Source of the DNA: Thermodesulfobacteriota bacterium
GTDB taxonomy: Bacteria; Desulfobacterota; Binatia; Bin18
Reading direction: 5' to 3'
Assembly: GCA_964291405.2 (NCBI GenBank)
Contig: OZ219926.1
Location: 928,001-992,000, forward strand
DNA: 64,000 nt
Each line of letters begins with the position of its first letter. Position 1 is the stretch's first letter. Positions 30,433 to 40,056 of the stretch are shown one piece after another. The notes under the pieces were generated by a model, which did no database searches, was not told where the DNA came from, and saw nothing but the letters and a program-made list of their open reading frames with translations. Both the position numbers and the translations under genes were made by a program.

Positions 30433-31266
30433 TCAGGCGTTTGTCTTACGACACACAATCGCGGCATTGTCGGGCCGTGCCCACATGCTGTTGATGGCCT
30501 CATTGGCTCCCTCTGCCCAGACGGCCATTGCTTTTTGCTGCGCTTCCATATGCCGCCGGAGGCGGGCTTCCAGAGCCGGCAGGTCCGCAGCGGGCGCGAG
30601 TCGCAACCGGCGCAGGAGTTGAAAATACACGGCCCGGAGCTTTTCTTTCAGCCACCCTCTGGGCCGTGGAGTCTGGTCCCTGCCCGCCTCCACGGCCTGC
30701 GGCAGCACGAGCGGCGACAGCAAATGGGGCACGTCCTCCCGGTTGGTGTGTATCACCTCAAGGCCGGCGTGCCGACAAATCGCCTCAAGCAACTCGGGAT
30801 GATAGAAACGGACGTGCTCGGGGTCGCGCCAGAAGCCCAACAGCTGCATGCGGATGGATTCGGGGTTGGGTACGACAATCACCACGGTGCCCGCGGCCCT
30901 GACGCGAGGCGCGAGGAGTTCAAAAAACCGCAGTACCTGCTCAAAGGGCAGATGCTCCAGAAAATGCGAGCAAAAGACCCCGTCATAGGTCTCGGTCGTC
31001 CGCTCCAGAAAGGCGAAAACATCCTGCTCGACAATATCCCAGCCGTGCTGTTTCACCCAGGCCACAACCGTGGGATTGCGTTCAACCCCGAGCGCGGGAA
31101 TGCCCTGTTCGGCCAACAGCTCCAGAAAAATGCCCGAGCCGCAGGCCAGGTCCAGAACCTTGTGACAGCCCCGAAAATGGGCCACATAGCCACTCTGCAT
31201 CTCCCGGTTCCACTGCCGGTCGCGCAGCGTGAATTCATAGTGAGAGTAGTCGAAGCGGTCAGCCAT
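30433..31266 (-). CDS. Class I SAM methyltransferase (possible glycan-terminating type)
   Basis: VLDLACGSG, SHFLEHL, VPNPE, FWRDPEH. Confidence 0.85.
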   Translation of the reverse strand: MADRFDYSHYEFTLRDRQWNREMQSGYVAHFRGCHKVLDLACGSGIFLELLAEQGIPALGVERNPTVVAWVKQHGWDIVEQDVFAFLERTTETYDGVFCSHFLEHLPFEQVLRFFELLAPRVRAAGTVVIVVPNPESIRMQLLGFWRDPEHVRFYHPELLEAICRHAGLEVIHTNREDVPHLLSPLVLPQAVEAGRDQTPRPRGWLKEKLRAVYFQLLRRLRLAPAADLPALEARLRRHMEAQQKAMAVWAEGANEAINSMWARPDNAAIVCRKTNA

Positions 31267-31293
31267 TTTTTCACGCGCCGGGCGGGTTGGGTT

Positions 31294-31746
31294 TCAGAAG
31301 GGACCGTGGGCCGCCACTTCATCTATCATGGCCCGTTGTTCGTGTTCGGGCAGCGTCACAAACCAGCGCACCATCAGGTATTGGTGTCGGGTGTGAACAT
31401 AGCCGATACGCCGGGCAATCGCCACGGAGACCGGATTATTGAGGTAGGCAAACAGGGCTTTTTTCGGGGCGGGGTCGACGAAGGCGATACGCGACAGGGC
31501 CTCACCCAGGCCCCGGTTCCGGTAGCGGGGATCGACACACAGCCCCCCCACCAGACCGTACGGGCCGCACTCCGTGACATGGTAATAGCCGACGGCCTCG
31601 AACCGGGCCGGCCCTATTTTCGCAAAAGCCACATAATGGGTCGGGTCATGCGGCGGGCTCTGGTTAAACGTCTGCCGAAAGAGGTCGGTGACAAAGACCG
31701 CCGCATTATCCACCCTCACAATCGAGATATCGCCCTGCTGTGCCAT
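31294..31746 (-). CDS. GNAT-family acetyltransferase
   Basis: CVDPRYRNRGLG motif A. Confidence 0.75.
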   Translation of the reverse strand: MAQQGDISIVRVDNAAVFVTDLFRQTFNQSPPHDPTHYVAFAKIGPARFEAVGYYHVTECGPYGLVGGLCVDPRYRNRGLGEALSRIAFVDPAPKKALFAYLNNPVSVAIARRIGYVHTRHQYLMVRWFVTLPEHEQRAMIDEVAAHGPF

Positions 31747-31982
31747 GGCTCCCTACTCATACAAAAGATCCCCTCCTCGGAGAGGTGATAGGCGTTGTGT
31801 CGTGAGCCTCCCGGGGCCGGGCCGGCGGCCCCCGCCTCGGGCCGCTTGCCCGCACGCTGCCTGGGAGAGCGGCCATCTTGGCCGCTTGCGGGCCGCTTGC
31901 CCGCACTCCTGGCCCCCTGCCGCGGACAGGAACTGCGCAGGGGGGCGGGGGGCCGCCGGGCCGGAGTGGGTTCCTGTTCGCA

Positions 31983-32843
31983 TCACACGTCCGCAGCGGT
32001 TGCCCCATCCAGAATAGCACCCAGCCCGGCCGGGGTCGTCCACCCGGATCCGGAGACAAACCGGGGCAGCGCCCAGCGTGAGCTCGACGCGGTCATATAG
32101 CCTCCGTTCGCCCCGAACGCGGCCTGCATCCGGTGGGCGGTCTGATGGGCCGGCAGATAGGTTTCGCGCAGATAGGGGCTCGACTGGCCCCACGGGTAGG
32201 CCAACAGGCTGGGCCAGGCAGGCTTGATTTGCGCGTGGATAAACGTCGCCGCCTGCTGTATTTCGTTCCGGCACTCGGCATAGCTGTCTATCTGTTCAAA
32301 ATCGCCCGCGCGCTGCTCGACCTCGCACACCCAACTGGCCTCGGGATGATTATGGTCCCAGCTATGGTTCTCAATCCCGAACAGGCCGGACCGCGCCGCC
32401 GCGGCCCACCAGTCGTCCGTCATGCCGTGCAGGCCGAGCGGAGCCAGACAGCGCGCGTCCAGTTCTCTTCTCACACCGGGCGAGGCAATCACAAAACCGG
32501 TCATATGCAGCAACGGTTGGGCCGCTGCCCCCACTTCCGTCTGAAAATCCCGCAGGATGTTGTAAAAACTCCGTTGGGGTCCGTACACCGGATGGTCACA
32601 ATCATAGTAATCCGCGTTCGCACCATCGTCACAACTCAGACCTATTGCCCCGGCCGGCAGCTCCTGCGTGTGTGGCGCAACAACCCACGCGGCGAGTTGG
32701 CGTAACGGGACAATGGTGAACCGCCGGGCGTGAATCGTCCGCAGATCGTGATACAGCGCCACATGATCGTTGGTTGCGTAGCCTGTGCCCTCGATCCGAT
32801 GCGAATGATAGGCCAGAATCGGAATCCGCCGGAGCGCCTGCAT
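31983..32843 (-). CDS. Polysaccharide deacetylase (CE4/NodB-like)
   Basis: PILAYH, SCDDG, ENHSWDH, AYPWG, LPRF. Confidence 0.85.
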   Translation of the reverse strand: MQALRRIPILAYHSHRIEGTGYATNDHVALYHDLRTIHARRFTIVPLRQLAAWVVAPHTQELPAGAIGLSCDDGANADYYDCDHPVYGPQRSFYNILRDFQTEVGAAAQPLLHMTGFVIASPGVRRELDARCLAPLGLHGMTDDWWAAAARSGLFGIENHSWDHNHPEASWVCEVEQRAGDFEQIDSYAECRNEIQQAATFIHAQIKPAWPSLLAYPWGQSSPYLRETYLPAHQTAHRMQAAFGANGGYMTASSSRWALPRFVSGSGWTTPAGLGAILDGATAADV

Positions 32844-32862
32844 GACCGTGTATCCTCTTCCT

Positions 32863-33645
32863 TTAGAGATAATCGGCAAAAAATCCCCGGCAGCGCCCGA
32901 ACGCATACCGGCCAAACCAAAAGAGCCCGACCGCCCAGCATACGCTATACGCCAACGTGCCGCCCAGGTTCAGGCTGCTCGACAGAATAATCGAGCGGTA
33001 GGCATCGGTAATCGCCACCATCGGGTTCAGAATGAACAGCGGACCGATGGATTCCGGGATGAGGCTGGCCGGATACAGAATCGGGGTCAGAAAAAACCAC
33101 AGCATAAACCCGGCGGTGGCGAGCTGTTCGACATCCCGAAAGAAGACATTCCCACAGGCGAGCAGCATACCCAGCCCAATTGCCAGGAGCAGCGCCAGAC
33201 CGAGGGGCAGGCACAGCAGCAGCCCGATCCCACCAATGAACGTGCCTTTCCACACCATCAGCCCGACCAGGAACAACAGGAAGCCGATACCCTGCACCAG
33301 AAAGCTGGCCAGCACCACCGCCACGACCAGCAGTTCCGACGGGAATTGCAGTTTCTTGACCATATTGGCGTTGTTGGTGATGGCGGTCACCGAGCGCAGG
33401 CAGGCCTCCTGAAACGCCAGCCACGGCCACAGGCCACAGAAGACAAACTCGGCAAACCCGTGCCCGCCCTCAATCTCGCCCACCCGGTAGATCGCCGAGA
33501 ACACCATGGTGTACAGACCTAACAGGATGGCCGGCTGGATCAAGGACCACAGACCGCCCAGACTCGTGCCGGCGAAGCGGGCGCCGATCTCACGCCGGAC
33601 CATGGTCACCAGGAGATAGCGATGGGTCGTCAGGGTGGTCAGCAT
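32863..33645 (-). CDS. wzm: Polysaccharide ABC transporter permease
   Basis: REIGARFAGTSLGGLWSLIQP, NVFFRDV, FFLTPILYP, LNPM. Confidence 0.92.
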   Translation of the reverse strand: MLTTLTTHRYLLVTMVRREIGARFAGTSLGGLWSLIQPAILLGLYTMVFSAIYRVGEIEGGHGFAEFVFCGLWPWLAFQEACLRSVTAITNNANMVKKLQFPSELLVVAVVLASFLVQGIGFLLFLVGLMVWKGTFIGGIGLLLCLPLGLALLLAIGLGMLLACGNVFFRDVEQLATAGFMLWFFLTPILYPASLIPESIGPLFILNPMVAITDAYRSIILSSSLNLGGTLAYSVCWAVGLFWFGRYAFGRCRGFFADYL

Positions 33646-33658
33646 ACGTTACAGCCGT

Positions 33659-33811
33659 CGGGTTACGCTTCGCCCACCCGACCTGCGGGCTTGCCCGCCT
33701 TCCTCCATCTTCCTACATCCTGGGAGCGCGGGCATCTTGCCCGCCTGTTCCCTTTCTCCCCGGAGTGCGGCCAGCTTCGCCGCTGGCGGGCTGGAAGCCC
33801 GCACTCCCAGG
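33659..33811. repeat. Composite REP block left of higBA
   Basis: cgggttacgcttcgcccacccgacctgc...ccatcttcctacatcctgggagcgcgggcatcttgcccgcc is repeated directly at 34437-34635. Confidence 0.8.
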
Positions 33812-33821
33812 GCGCGAAGCG

Positions 33822-34082
33822 TCAAGCGGCCGCCTGCTTGCGGCGTTCCTGGGCCAAGTCGTAACTCACTTGCATCCGCATCCAATGTTCGGCGTCACTC
33901 CATCCAATCCGTTCCAGCGCCAGCGCCATTGCCGGCGAGACAGCGGCGTGGCCGTTCAGCAGCCGCGACAGCGTATGTCTCGCCACACCGAGCCGGGCGG
34001 CGCATTCCGTCACCGTCCAACCCTCCGCCTCCAAGCTGTCACGAACCAGTTCTCCAGGGTGTGATGGATTATACATGGGCAT
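33822..34082 (-). CDS. higA: HigA/VapI antitoxin
   Basis: PSHPGE, LGVARHTLSRLLNG, HWMRMQVSYDL. Confidence 0.92.
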   Translation of the reverse strand: MPMYNPSHPGELVRDSLEAEGWTVTECAARLGVARHTLSRLLNGHAAVSPAMALALERIGWSDAEHWMRMQVSYDLAQERRKQAAA

Positions 34083-34094
34083 GATGCGACCCTC

Positions 34095-34376
34095 CTAGTG
34101 ATAGTCGATCAGGTCAATGTCTACCGCCTCGCCGCTCTCGAAACGGAAGACGATTCGCCAGTTGCCGGATACGCGTAGACTCCATTGCCCACGACGGTCG
34201 CCTTTTAGCTGATGCAGCCGCCATCCAGGCAAGTCCAGGTTCCGCGGCGAGCGCGCGTCTTGCAGTGCGGTCAGCAGGCGCCGGATACGCTCTACATGAG
34301 TGGCATCTAACCCGCGAGCATCATCGTGTTCGTAGAATCGACGCAGTCCTTTGTGAGCGAACCTCATACCAGACAT
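34095..34376 (-). CDS. higB: HigB (plasmid maintenance killer) toxin
   Basis: HKGLRRFY, PGWRLHQLKGD, SLRVSGNWRIVFRF, IDYH. Confidence 0.9.
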   Translation of the reverse strand: MSGMRFAHKGLRRFYEHDDARGLDATHVERIRRLLTALQDARSPRNLDLPGWRLHQLKGDRRGQWSLRVSGNWRIVFRFESGEAVDIDLIDYH

Positions 34377-34436
34377 AGTGCCGTGTACCGTGTCGCGATA
34401 CAAGCCAGGCACACTATAAGCACTCACCTCTTTGAG

Positions 34437-34635
34437 CGGGTTACGCTTCGCCCACCCGACCTGCGAACCTGCTCTCTTTCCCCCATCTTCCTACATCCTG
34501 GGAGCGCGGGCATCTTGCCCGCCTTGCTTTCCTGGGAGCGCGGGCATCTTGCCCGCCTGTTCCCTTTCTCCCCGGAGTGCGGGCAGCCCCCCCCCTGGGA
34601 GTGCACTCCCAGGGGGGGGGCTGCCCGCACTCCCG
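34437..34635. repeat. Composite REP block right of higBA
   Basis: Direct repeat of the 33659 block with an extra REP copy. Confidence 0.8.
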
Positions 34636-34658
34636 GAAGGAAGCATGACAAAGCCGCA

Positions 34659-36338
34659 CTAACGGGAAACCAGAAAATCGCCAATAACGAGATGATCCAT
34701 ACCCGTCTGCCGGAACATGGCAATGGCATCATACGGCGTATTCACGATCGGGTCCCCTTTCAGATTGAACGACGTGTTGAGTACCCCATGAATCCCCGTC
34801 AGTTTGCCGAATTCGGTAATCAGCGCGTGGTATAGCGGGTTGGCCTCGGGTGCCACGACCTGCGCGCGGGCCGTGGCATCGACGTGCATGGCGGCGTTCA
34901 GGTCGCGCCGGCCGGCCGGGGTCGTCGGCAACGCCATGGTCATATAGGGGGCCGACATGGACGTGGGGAAATAGCGCGCGCGCTGCTCCACCACCACCGA
35001 GGGGCCAAAGGGCCGCCAGTCCTCGCGGTGCTTGACCCGATTATTGACTCGATCCTTCATGGCCGCGTCGCCGGGATTGGCCAGGATGGAGCGATTCCCC
35101 AGGGCGCGCGGCCCCATTTCCATCCGGCCCTGAAACCAGCCCAGAATATTGCCGTCGGCCAGCAACTCCGCCCCGCGGGTGGTCACATCCGAGCAGGCCG
35201 CATACGAAACACCGGTCTCCTCAAGGGCGGCTCTGATGTCCTGGTTACTCCACTCCGGGCCGAAATAGGCGTGAGGCAGGGGACGGGGGCGTTTGCCCGT
35301 TTCCCTGGCATACAGCGCAAACGCCGCACCAATGGCACAGCCCGGGTCGTTGGCTGCCGGCGGTATGTAGAGACGCCGAACCGCGGGATGCGCGGCCAGT
35401 TCACCGTTCATCTTGGCGTTCAAACCGACCCCGCCGGCCAGACAGAAGTCGTGCCAGCCGGTCTGGGCGAAGAGCAGATCGAACAAATGCGCGCCAATGC
35501 GCTCGGTCACCGCCTGGAGCGAAGCCGCAATATGCTCATCCGTGCCGTCTATCGGGTTTCTCCGATACGCCCGCGGCGGCCCGAAAAAACGACTCAGCCC
35601 GACCGGCACCTCGGACAGCCAGCCGACAATGGCCCGTGACCAGTAATCGTCCGGCCGGGTGACAAACCCCTCCGGCGTCGGTGTCACGATCTGGTCGAAC
35701 ACCTCGGCGAAGCGGTCCTCGCCGTACGAGGCCAGCCCCATGACGCTGCCCTCTCCGTCCAGAAACGTAAACCCGAGAAAATTGGTGACCGCAGAGTAGA
35801 GCATCCCCAACGAGTGCGGCATGGGGACTTCGGCCAGGTGGGTGATCTGCGCGCCCTCGCCTTTTGCCAGGATTGCCGTGACCGCCTCTCCCCGCGCGTC
35901 CAGCGAAAGGATATTGGCCTGCTCAAACGGCGAGCACAGGAAGGCGGTCGCCAGATGGCAGTCGTGGTGGTCGATCACCTCAAGCCGGACGCCGACGGTT
36001 TTGGCAAAGGTCTCGACATAGCTGCGGATCGTTTGCAGGTTTCTGAAATAGCTGAGCAGATCGTGCGGATGACGCTGGAAGTGCGAGAAAAACGGCTCGA
36101 CCTTCCAGTCCTCGCACAGGCTGCGGGTACAGTCGTAATAAAACGCCAGGGCATCGAGATCGCGGAAATCAACCCCGGCCTGGCGCAGGCAGAATTGGAT
36201 CGCCTGATGGGGGAATTGACCGTGGGCGTGTTTTTGCCGGATCAGGCGTTCTTCCTCGGCATAGGCGACCAACTCCCCGTCCCGGACCAGGGCCGCGGAC
36301 GCATCGTGAAACAGCCCGGTGACGCCCAGGACGATCAT
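34659..36338 (-). CDS. O-carbamoyltransferase (NodU/CmcH family)
   Basis: HDASAAL, EEERL, HHDCH, LAGGVGLN, GPRALGNRS, NTSFN. Confidence 0.95.
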   Translation of the reverse strand: MIVLGVTGLFHDASAALVRDGELVAYAEEERLIRQKHAHGQFPHQAIQFCLRQAGVDFRDLDALAFYYDCTRSLCEDWKVEPFFSHFQRHPHDLLSYFRNLQTIRSYVETFAKTVGVRLEVIDHHDCHLATAFLCSPFEQANILSLDARGEAVTAILAKGEGAQITHLAEVPMPHSLGMLYSAVTNFLGFTFLDGEGSVMGLASYGEDRFAEVFDQIVTPTPEGFVTRPDDYWSRAIVGWLSEVPVGLSRFFGPPRAYRRNPIDGTDEHIAASLQAVTERIGAHLFDLLFAQTGWHDFCLAGGVGLNAKMNGELAAHPAVRRLYIPPAANDPGCAIGAAFALYARETGKRPRPLPHAYFGPEWSNQDIRAALEETGVSYAACSDVTTRGAELLADGNILGWFQGRMEMGPRALGNRSILANPGDAAMKDRVNNRVKHREDWRPFGPSVVVEQRARYFPTSMSAPYMTMALPTTPAGRRDLNAAMHVDATARAQVVAPEANPLYHALITEFGKLTGIHGVLNTSFNLKGDPIVNTPYDAIAMFRQTGMDHLVIGDFLVSR

Positions 36339-36544
36339 GCCTCCCCCTCGGCGGCACGCTGGCTGTGCACCTCGTGGGCTACGGCGGCCGGATCGACCAG
36401 CGCCGAGGATGAGACAATACTCAGGAACAGCCGCGCGGCCTGGAACACCTGGGCTTCGGTCAGGCTCATGGCGAATTCGTCCTCAAGCGCGCGCAGGGCC
36501 GCCGCGCGTTGCGCCTCGTCCAGGAAACGTTCGTTCTCCTGCAT
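36335..36544 (-). CDS. Small hypothetical protein coupled to the carbamoyltransferase
   Basis: RBS gaggag and ATGA overlap with the downstream gene. Confidence 0.55.
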   Translation of the reverse strand: MQENERFLDEAQRAAALRALEDEFAMSLTEAQVFQAARLFLSIVSSSALVDPAAVAHEVHSQRAAEGEA

Positions 36545-36826
36545 ACGGTCTCTCCTCTTGCTTCGTTTCTCCTGGGAGCGCGGTCCAGCTCCGGTTGTTC
36601 CATCTTGGCCGCCTGTTCCCTTTCTCCCCGGAGTGCGGCCAGCTTGGCCGCTTGCGGGCTGGAAGCCCGCACTCCCAGGGAGGAACCCACCCCGCCGCTG
36701 CGGCCTTTACACGCGGCGGCCCCGTCGAGGTCTCTGATAAGGGCTCTAATTTTTCGAGGCATCCGTATTATAGCCGACACGCAGGGCCGGCCTCTACATG
36801 TTCCTTCTCTTCTCCTCCTCTGCGCA

Positions 36827-38080
36827 TCACGTCCAGCGGTGCGGCAAACGACACACCCCCAGCTCCCGGCTCTCGCCCCGCACCGAAAAATCCTTTTCCA
36901 CGGTATCAAACATGCGCAGGCCGGACGGGTCAAGAACATGGGTCCGAAAGGTGTAGGTGCCGGGTAACAGGCTGAGGCTGACCTCATACCCGATCCGAAA
37001 GGTGTGGGCATCCACGCGCTGGGGTTCGACCCGGTCCATGTCGCTGAAAATGCCGTACACGCCGAACTTGTCGTTCCGCCGGACATGGCCAACGGCAAAG
37101 ACGGGCGGTTGGCCGTCGGGCACCTCGGCGATCATTTCGATCCGGGCGGTATCGCCCATGTCAAACACGTTGGTTTCCCGGTTGTCCGCGCCCAGCAGGC
37201 GGACCTGGCGCAGGCGGCTGGGCCGGGAAGCGTCGGCGACGGGCTGGGCCTCCGGTTGCTGCTCTTCCCGGGCCTCCAGCTCGCGCAGATAGTCCTCAAA
37301 CGCCAGCGTCACCTCGGCCGCGCCCCCCCAGGCCCGGACCCGACCGTGGTCGAGCCACAAGGCTTTCTGGCACAGCTTCTGGACGTGGTACATGCTGTGG
37401 GAACAGAACAGGAGCGTTTTTCCTTCGTCCAGAAACGCCTCCATGCGGCGAATGCACTTCTTCTGAAACGCCTCGTCGCCAACCGACAGCACTTCGTCCG
37501 TAATCAGGATATCGGGCCGGATGCTGGTGGCCACGGCAAAGCCCAGGCGCATATACATGCCCGAGGAATAGGTTTTGACCGGCTGGTCGATAAAGTCGTC
37601 CAGTTCGGCAAAGGCGATAATCTCCGGGACCAGGGCCTCGGTTTCCGCGCCCTCCAGGCCCAGCATGGCCGCGGAAAAATAGATATTCTCCCGGCCGGTG
37701 TATTCCGGGTGAAAGCCCGTACCCAGCTCCAACAACGCGCCCACCCGACCGGCCACCTCGATCGTGCCGGACGAGGGTCGGGTCACGCCGGAGATGAGCT
37801 TGAGCAGGGTGGATTTGCCCGAGCCGTTGCGCCCGATAATGCCGCACGACTGGCCGGCTTCCAGGCAGAGATCAACCTCCTGCAAGGCCCAGAAGTCCTG
37901 GTGATAGCGGCGGGACGCAACAAACAGTTCCTTGAGCCGGTCGAGCGGCCGGGCATACAGCTTATAGCATTTGCCTAAATGATCAGTGCGGACAACCCAG
38001 TCTGACGAAGGGGGATTCTCTGCTCCCTCTTCCCCTGGGGGAGAGGGCCGGGGTGAGGGGGACAACACAGAACGAGACAC
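36827..38080 (-). CDS. wzt: Polysaccharide ABC transporter ATPase with C-terminal carbohydrate-binding domain
   Basis: GRNGSGKS, LELGTGFHPE, YSSGMYMRL, DEVLSVGD, Wzt-C extension; start uncertain. Confidence 0.92.
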   Translation of the reverse strand: MSRSVLSPSPRPSPPGEEGAENPPSSDWVVRTDHLGKCYKLYARPLDRLKELFVASRRYHQDFWALQEVDLCLEAGQSCGIIGRNGSGKSTLLKLISGVTRPSSGTIEVAGRVGALLELGTGFHPEYTGRENIYFSAAMLGLEGAETEALVPEIIAFAELDDFIDQPVKTYSSGMYMRLGFAVATSIRPDILITDEVLSVGDEAFQKKCIRRMEAFLDEGKTLLFCSHSMYHVQKLCQKALWLDHGRVRAWGGAAEVTLAFEDYLRELEAREEQQPEAQPVADASRPSRLRQVRLLGADNRETNVFDMGDTARIEMIAEVPDGQPPVFAVGHVRRNDKFGVYGIFSDMDRVEPQRVDAHTFRIGYEVSLSLLPGTYTFRTHVLDPSGLRMFDTVEKDFSVRGESRELGVCRLPHRWT

Positions 38081-38089
38081 AATCGATAT

Positions 38090-38359
38090 CTACAACAGTT
38101 TCACGATCGCCGCGACCGCCGTCACAATGCCCAGCGCTACCAGCCAGAGCTGCTTGTATAAGCCCGCGATGTCCGCCTTCAACTCGGCCTTCACCTCGGC
38201 TATCTCCGCCTTTACCTCGGCAATATCGGCCTTGGTCGCCACGCTCTCGGTGAACGCCTCCCGGATCGTATCCGTAATGGCCTCGGCTTGCTGTGCTTCA
38301 AAGCCCGCCGCGGTTAGCGCCTTGGCCGCATGTAAGGTATCGAAGGTTGCGCTCGCCAT
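38090..38359 (-). CDS. DUF1640/CCDC90-like coiled-coil protein with C-terminal membrane anchor
   Basis: FDTLHAAKAL..AGF..QQAEAI, ATKADI neck, short stalk, TM tail. Confidence 0.85.
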   Translation of the reverse strand: MASATFDTLHAAKALTAAGFEAQQAEAITDTIREAFTESVATKADIAEVKAEIAEVKAELKADIAGLYKQLWLVALGIVTAVAAIVKLL

Positions 38360-38469
38360 AGGGCACCCAGCCTACCAACTCGTCAGGTAAAACGCAAAGC
38401 TCCCGCCCTCCCATCCCCTCCCTGGAGGGAAAGAGGGCATGGTTCAAGACAAAAGAAGAAAGTTGATAG

Positions 38470-38745
38470 TCATTTTTTGAAGAGGTCTGAATGGGTGCCG
38501 GTTCGCAGGAATACGATTTCTTCCGGGTCCTCGTCATTCCAGATAAGAAGCCAGTCAGGCTCGACATGACATTCCCATGACGGTGCCCATGGTCCGGCTA
38601 AACGGTGGGGCTTATGACGCGGGTCAAGCGGTGTTCCAGTCGCAATGTTCTCGATGACCTCTTGAAGTTTGGCCGTATCCTTTCCGCGTCTCTTGGCTTT
38701 TTTGACGTCCTTTTTGAACTGCGTCGTGAGATGCAGCTTATTCAT
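38470..38745 (-). CDS. yafQ: YafQ-family mRNA interferase toxin
   Basis: QFKKDVKK, H.L.G.W...WECHVEPDWLLIW, RTGTHSDLF. Confidence 0.92.
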   Translation of the reverse strand: MNKLHLTTQFKKDVKKAKRRGKDTAKLQEVIENIATGTPLDPRHKPHRLAGPWAPSWECHVEPDWLLIWNDEDPEEIVFLRTGTHSDLFKK

Positions 38746-38977
38746 CGTCAAAGAGGTCGGCCATCAATTCATCCACGCTGTTGTAGCTCAACAGACCCTT
38801 CTTTGTGCGCGCCTGCCGAATAGCGGCCAGACTCTCGGCATTGGGGATTCTTGACTCGTCAGGCTGCTTCGATGTGGACGGCTCATGAACGTCGGCCACT
38901 CCCCGGCGGCCCCGTGCATGCAGTCCGCTATTTGGGTTCGATTTCCCCTTGTCCATGGTTGCCTCTTTCTCGTACAT
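38738..38977 (-). CDS. DinJ/RelB-like antitoxin with atypical N-terminus
   Basis: IPNAESLAAI...YNSVDELMADL C-terminus; no clear RHH N-terminal domain. Confidence 0.65.
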   Translation of the reverse strand: MYEKEATMDKGKSNPNSGLHARGRRGVADVHEPSTSKQPDESRIPNAESLAAIRQARTKKGLLSYNSVDELMADLFDDE

Positions 38978-39196
38978 CTCGAGTTCTCTTGTACAAAATC
39001 ATCTTCCGGCTGCACGTTCAAGGGTGCGGAACGACGCAACCCACCCCGCCGCTCCGCGGCGTAAAGAGAAAACATGCCATCATCCACCTTTTCTATCGAA
39101 AGACACATTTCCTCTTTCCCTCCCTGGAGGGGATAGGAATCTACTGTTACGACCGAGGAGCGGGACGCCCTCCCAGGGCGGGCAGAGCTGCCCCCC

Positions 39197-39315
39197 CTCC
39201 CAGGCAGGAAGGACTTGGCACAACGAAGGACTTGGCACAACGGGACGACGCCCCCCCCACACGGCGACCGCGGTCATGTCACGGGCTTCGACAGTCGGGT
39301 CACGCGCTCGAGATC
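39197..39315. repeat. Direct repeat of 40481-40582 (gene tail plus downstream region)
   Basis: Near-identical over 102 bp; this copy has an extra 17-bp tandem duplication (aaggacttggcacaacg). Confidence 0.9.
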
Positions 39316-40056
39316 GTCCAGCCGGAATACCGCGTCCGTCCAACCCGCGCCTTCCACCCGGCGACAGCGCGCCGCCTGTCTATCCGGATGCACCCCCATA
39401 ATCACCATGACCGGCCCGCCCGCTTTCGCTCGGACCAGATCGCCTTTCTGCAACGGCCCCGGCCCTGCCACCTCGGGCGGCCGCCTTTCTGCCTGCTGGA
39501 ACATGGCCCGGGCCACGAGATGCGGGTTGGTGGAAATCAATCGAGAGGTGGTGCCCCGCCGAATCCGGCGGATCATCGACCGGGCGGTCCGGCGACTCAC
39601 GGCCAGCGTCTGGCAGATCACCGGCAGACTCGCCTCCTCTGTGCGGTGCATCGTCATCACAAAGATCGCCAGCACCCACGCCCGCAGCGGCAGCCTGCTC
39701 CGCTGGAGGGCAGTGCCCGTCTTGAGGTTGAAATACTGCCGGCACGTCGCACACCGGTACATGGGCTGCGCAGGGCTGACAGTGTTGGTCTGCGGAGAGC
39801 CACAGTGCCCACACACCCGTCCCTGCGGCCAGCGCACACTCTCCAGCCAGCGCCGGGCCGCGGCTTCATCCGGGAATTGCTCAACCAACGCGGCAACGGT
39901 CATCCGGGCGGCCGGGGTCGCGCCCGGGTTGGACGGAGTCGGACGCGAGCCCGGAGGGGTCGGGGGCTCGGCGCTGAGCCTCTCGTCGTCGGTGTGGGGC
40001 GGCAACGGGGAGTCCTTGGCGTCTACGACGTGCTGATCGTCTTTATCCTCTTCCAC
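39274..40056 (-). CDS. IS1595-like Zn-ribbon/HTH N-terminal domain fused to a DUF2158/YodC-like domain, no DDE domain
   Basis: FPDEAAARRWLESVRWPQG.VCGHCGS..YRCATCRQYFNLKTGT..S.LPL..W; then LQKGDLVRAKAGGPVMVI. Confidence 0.7.
   Translation of the reverse strand: MEEDKDDQHVVDAKDSPLPPHTDDERLSAEPPTPPGSRPTPSNPGATPAARMTVAALVEQFPDEAAARRWLESVRWPQGRVCGHCGSPQTNTVSPAQPMYRCATCRQYFNLKTGTALQRSRLPLRAWVLAIFVMTMHRTEEASLPVICQTLAVSRRTARSMIRRIRRGTTSRLISTNPHLVARAMFQQAERRPPEVAGPGPLQKGDLVRAKAGGPVMVIMGVHPDRQAARCRRVEGAGWTDAVFRLDDLERVTRLSKPVT

Noticed and set aside
30535-31788. Long antisense ORFs (also 259-1323, 37004-37978, 38851-40062, 54812-55900, 58885-60234, 62180-63169)
   Set aside because: Shadow or alternative-frame ORFs of well-supported genes in high-GC DNA, with no recognisable motifs
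31753-32274. 173-aa ORF between the deacetylase and GNAT
   Set aside because: Largely REP-derived and overlaps the deacetylase in another frame
39274-40056. Active IS1595 element
   Set aside because: No DDE domain and no terminal inverted repeats seen
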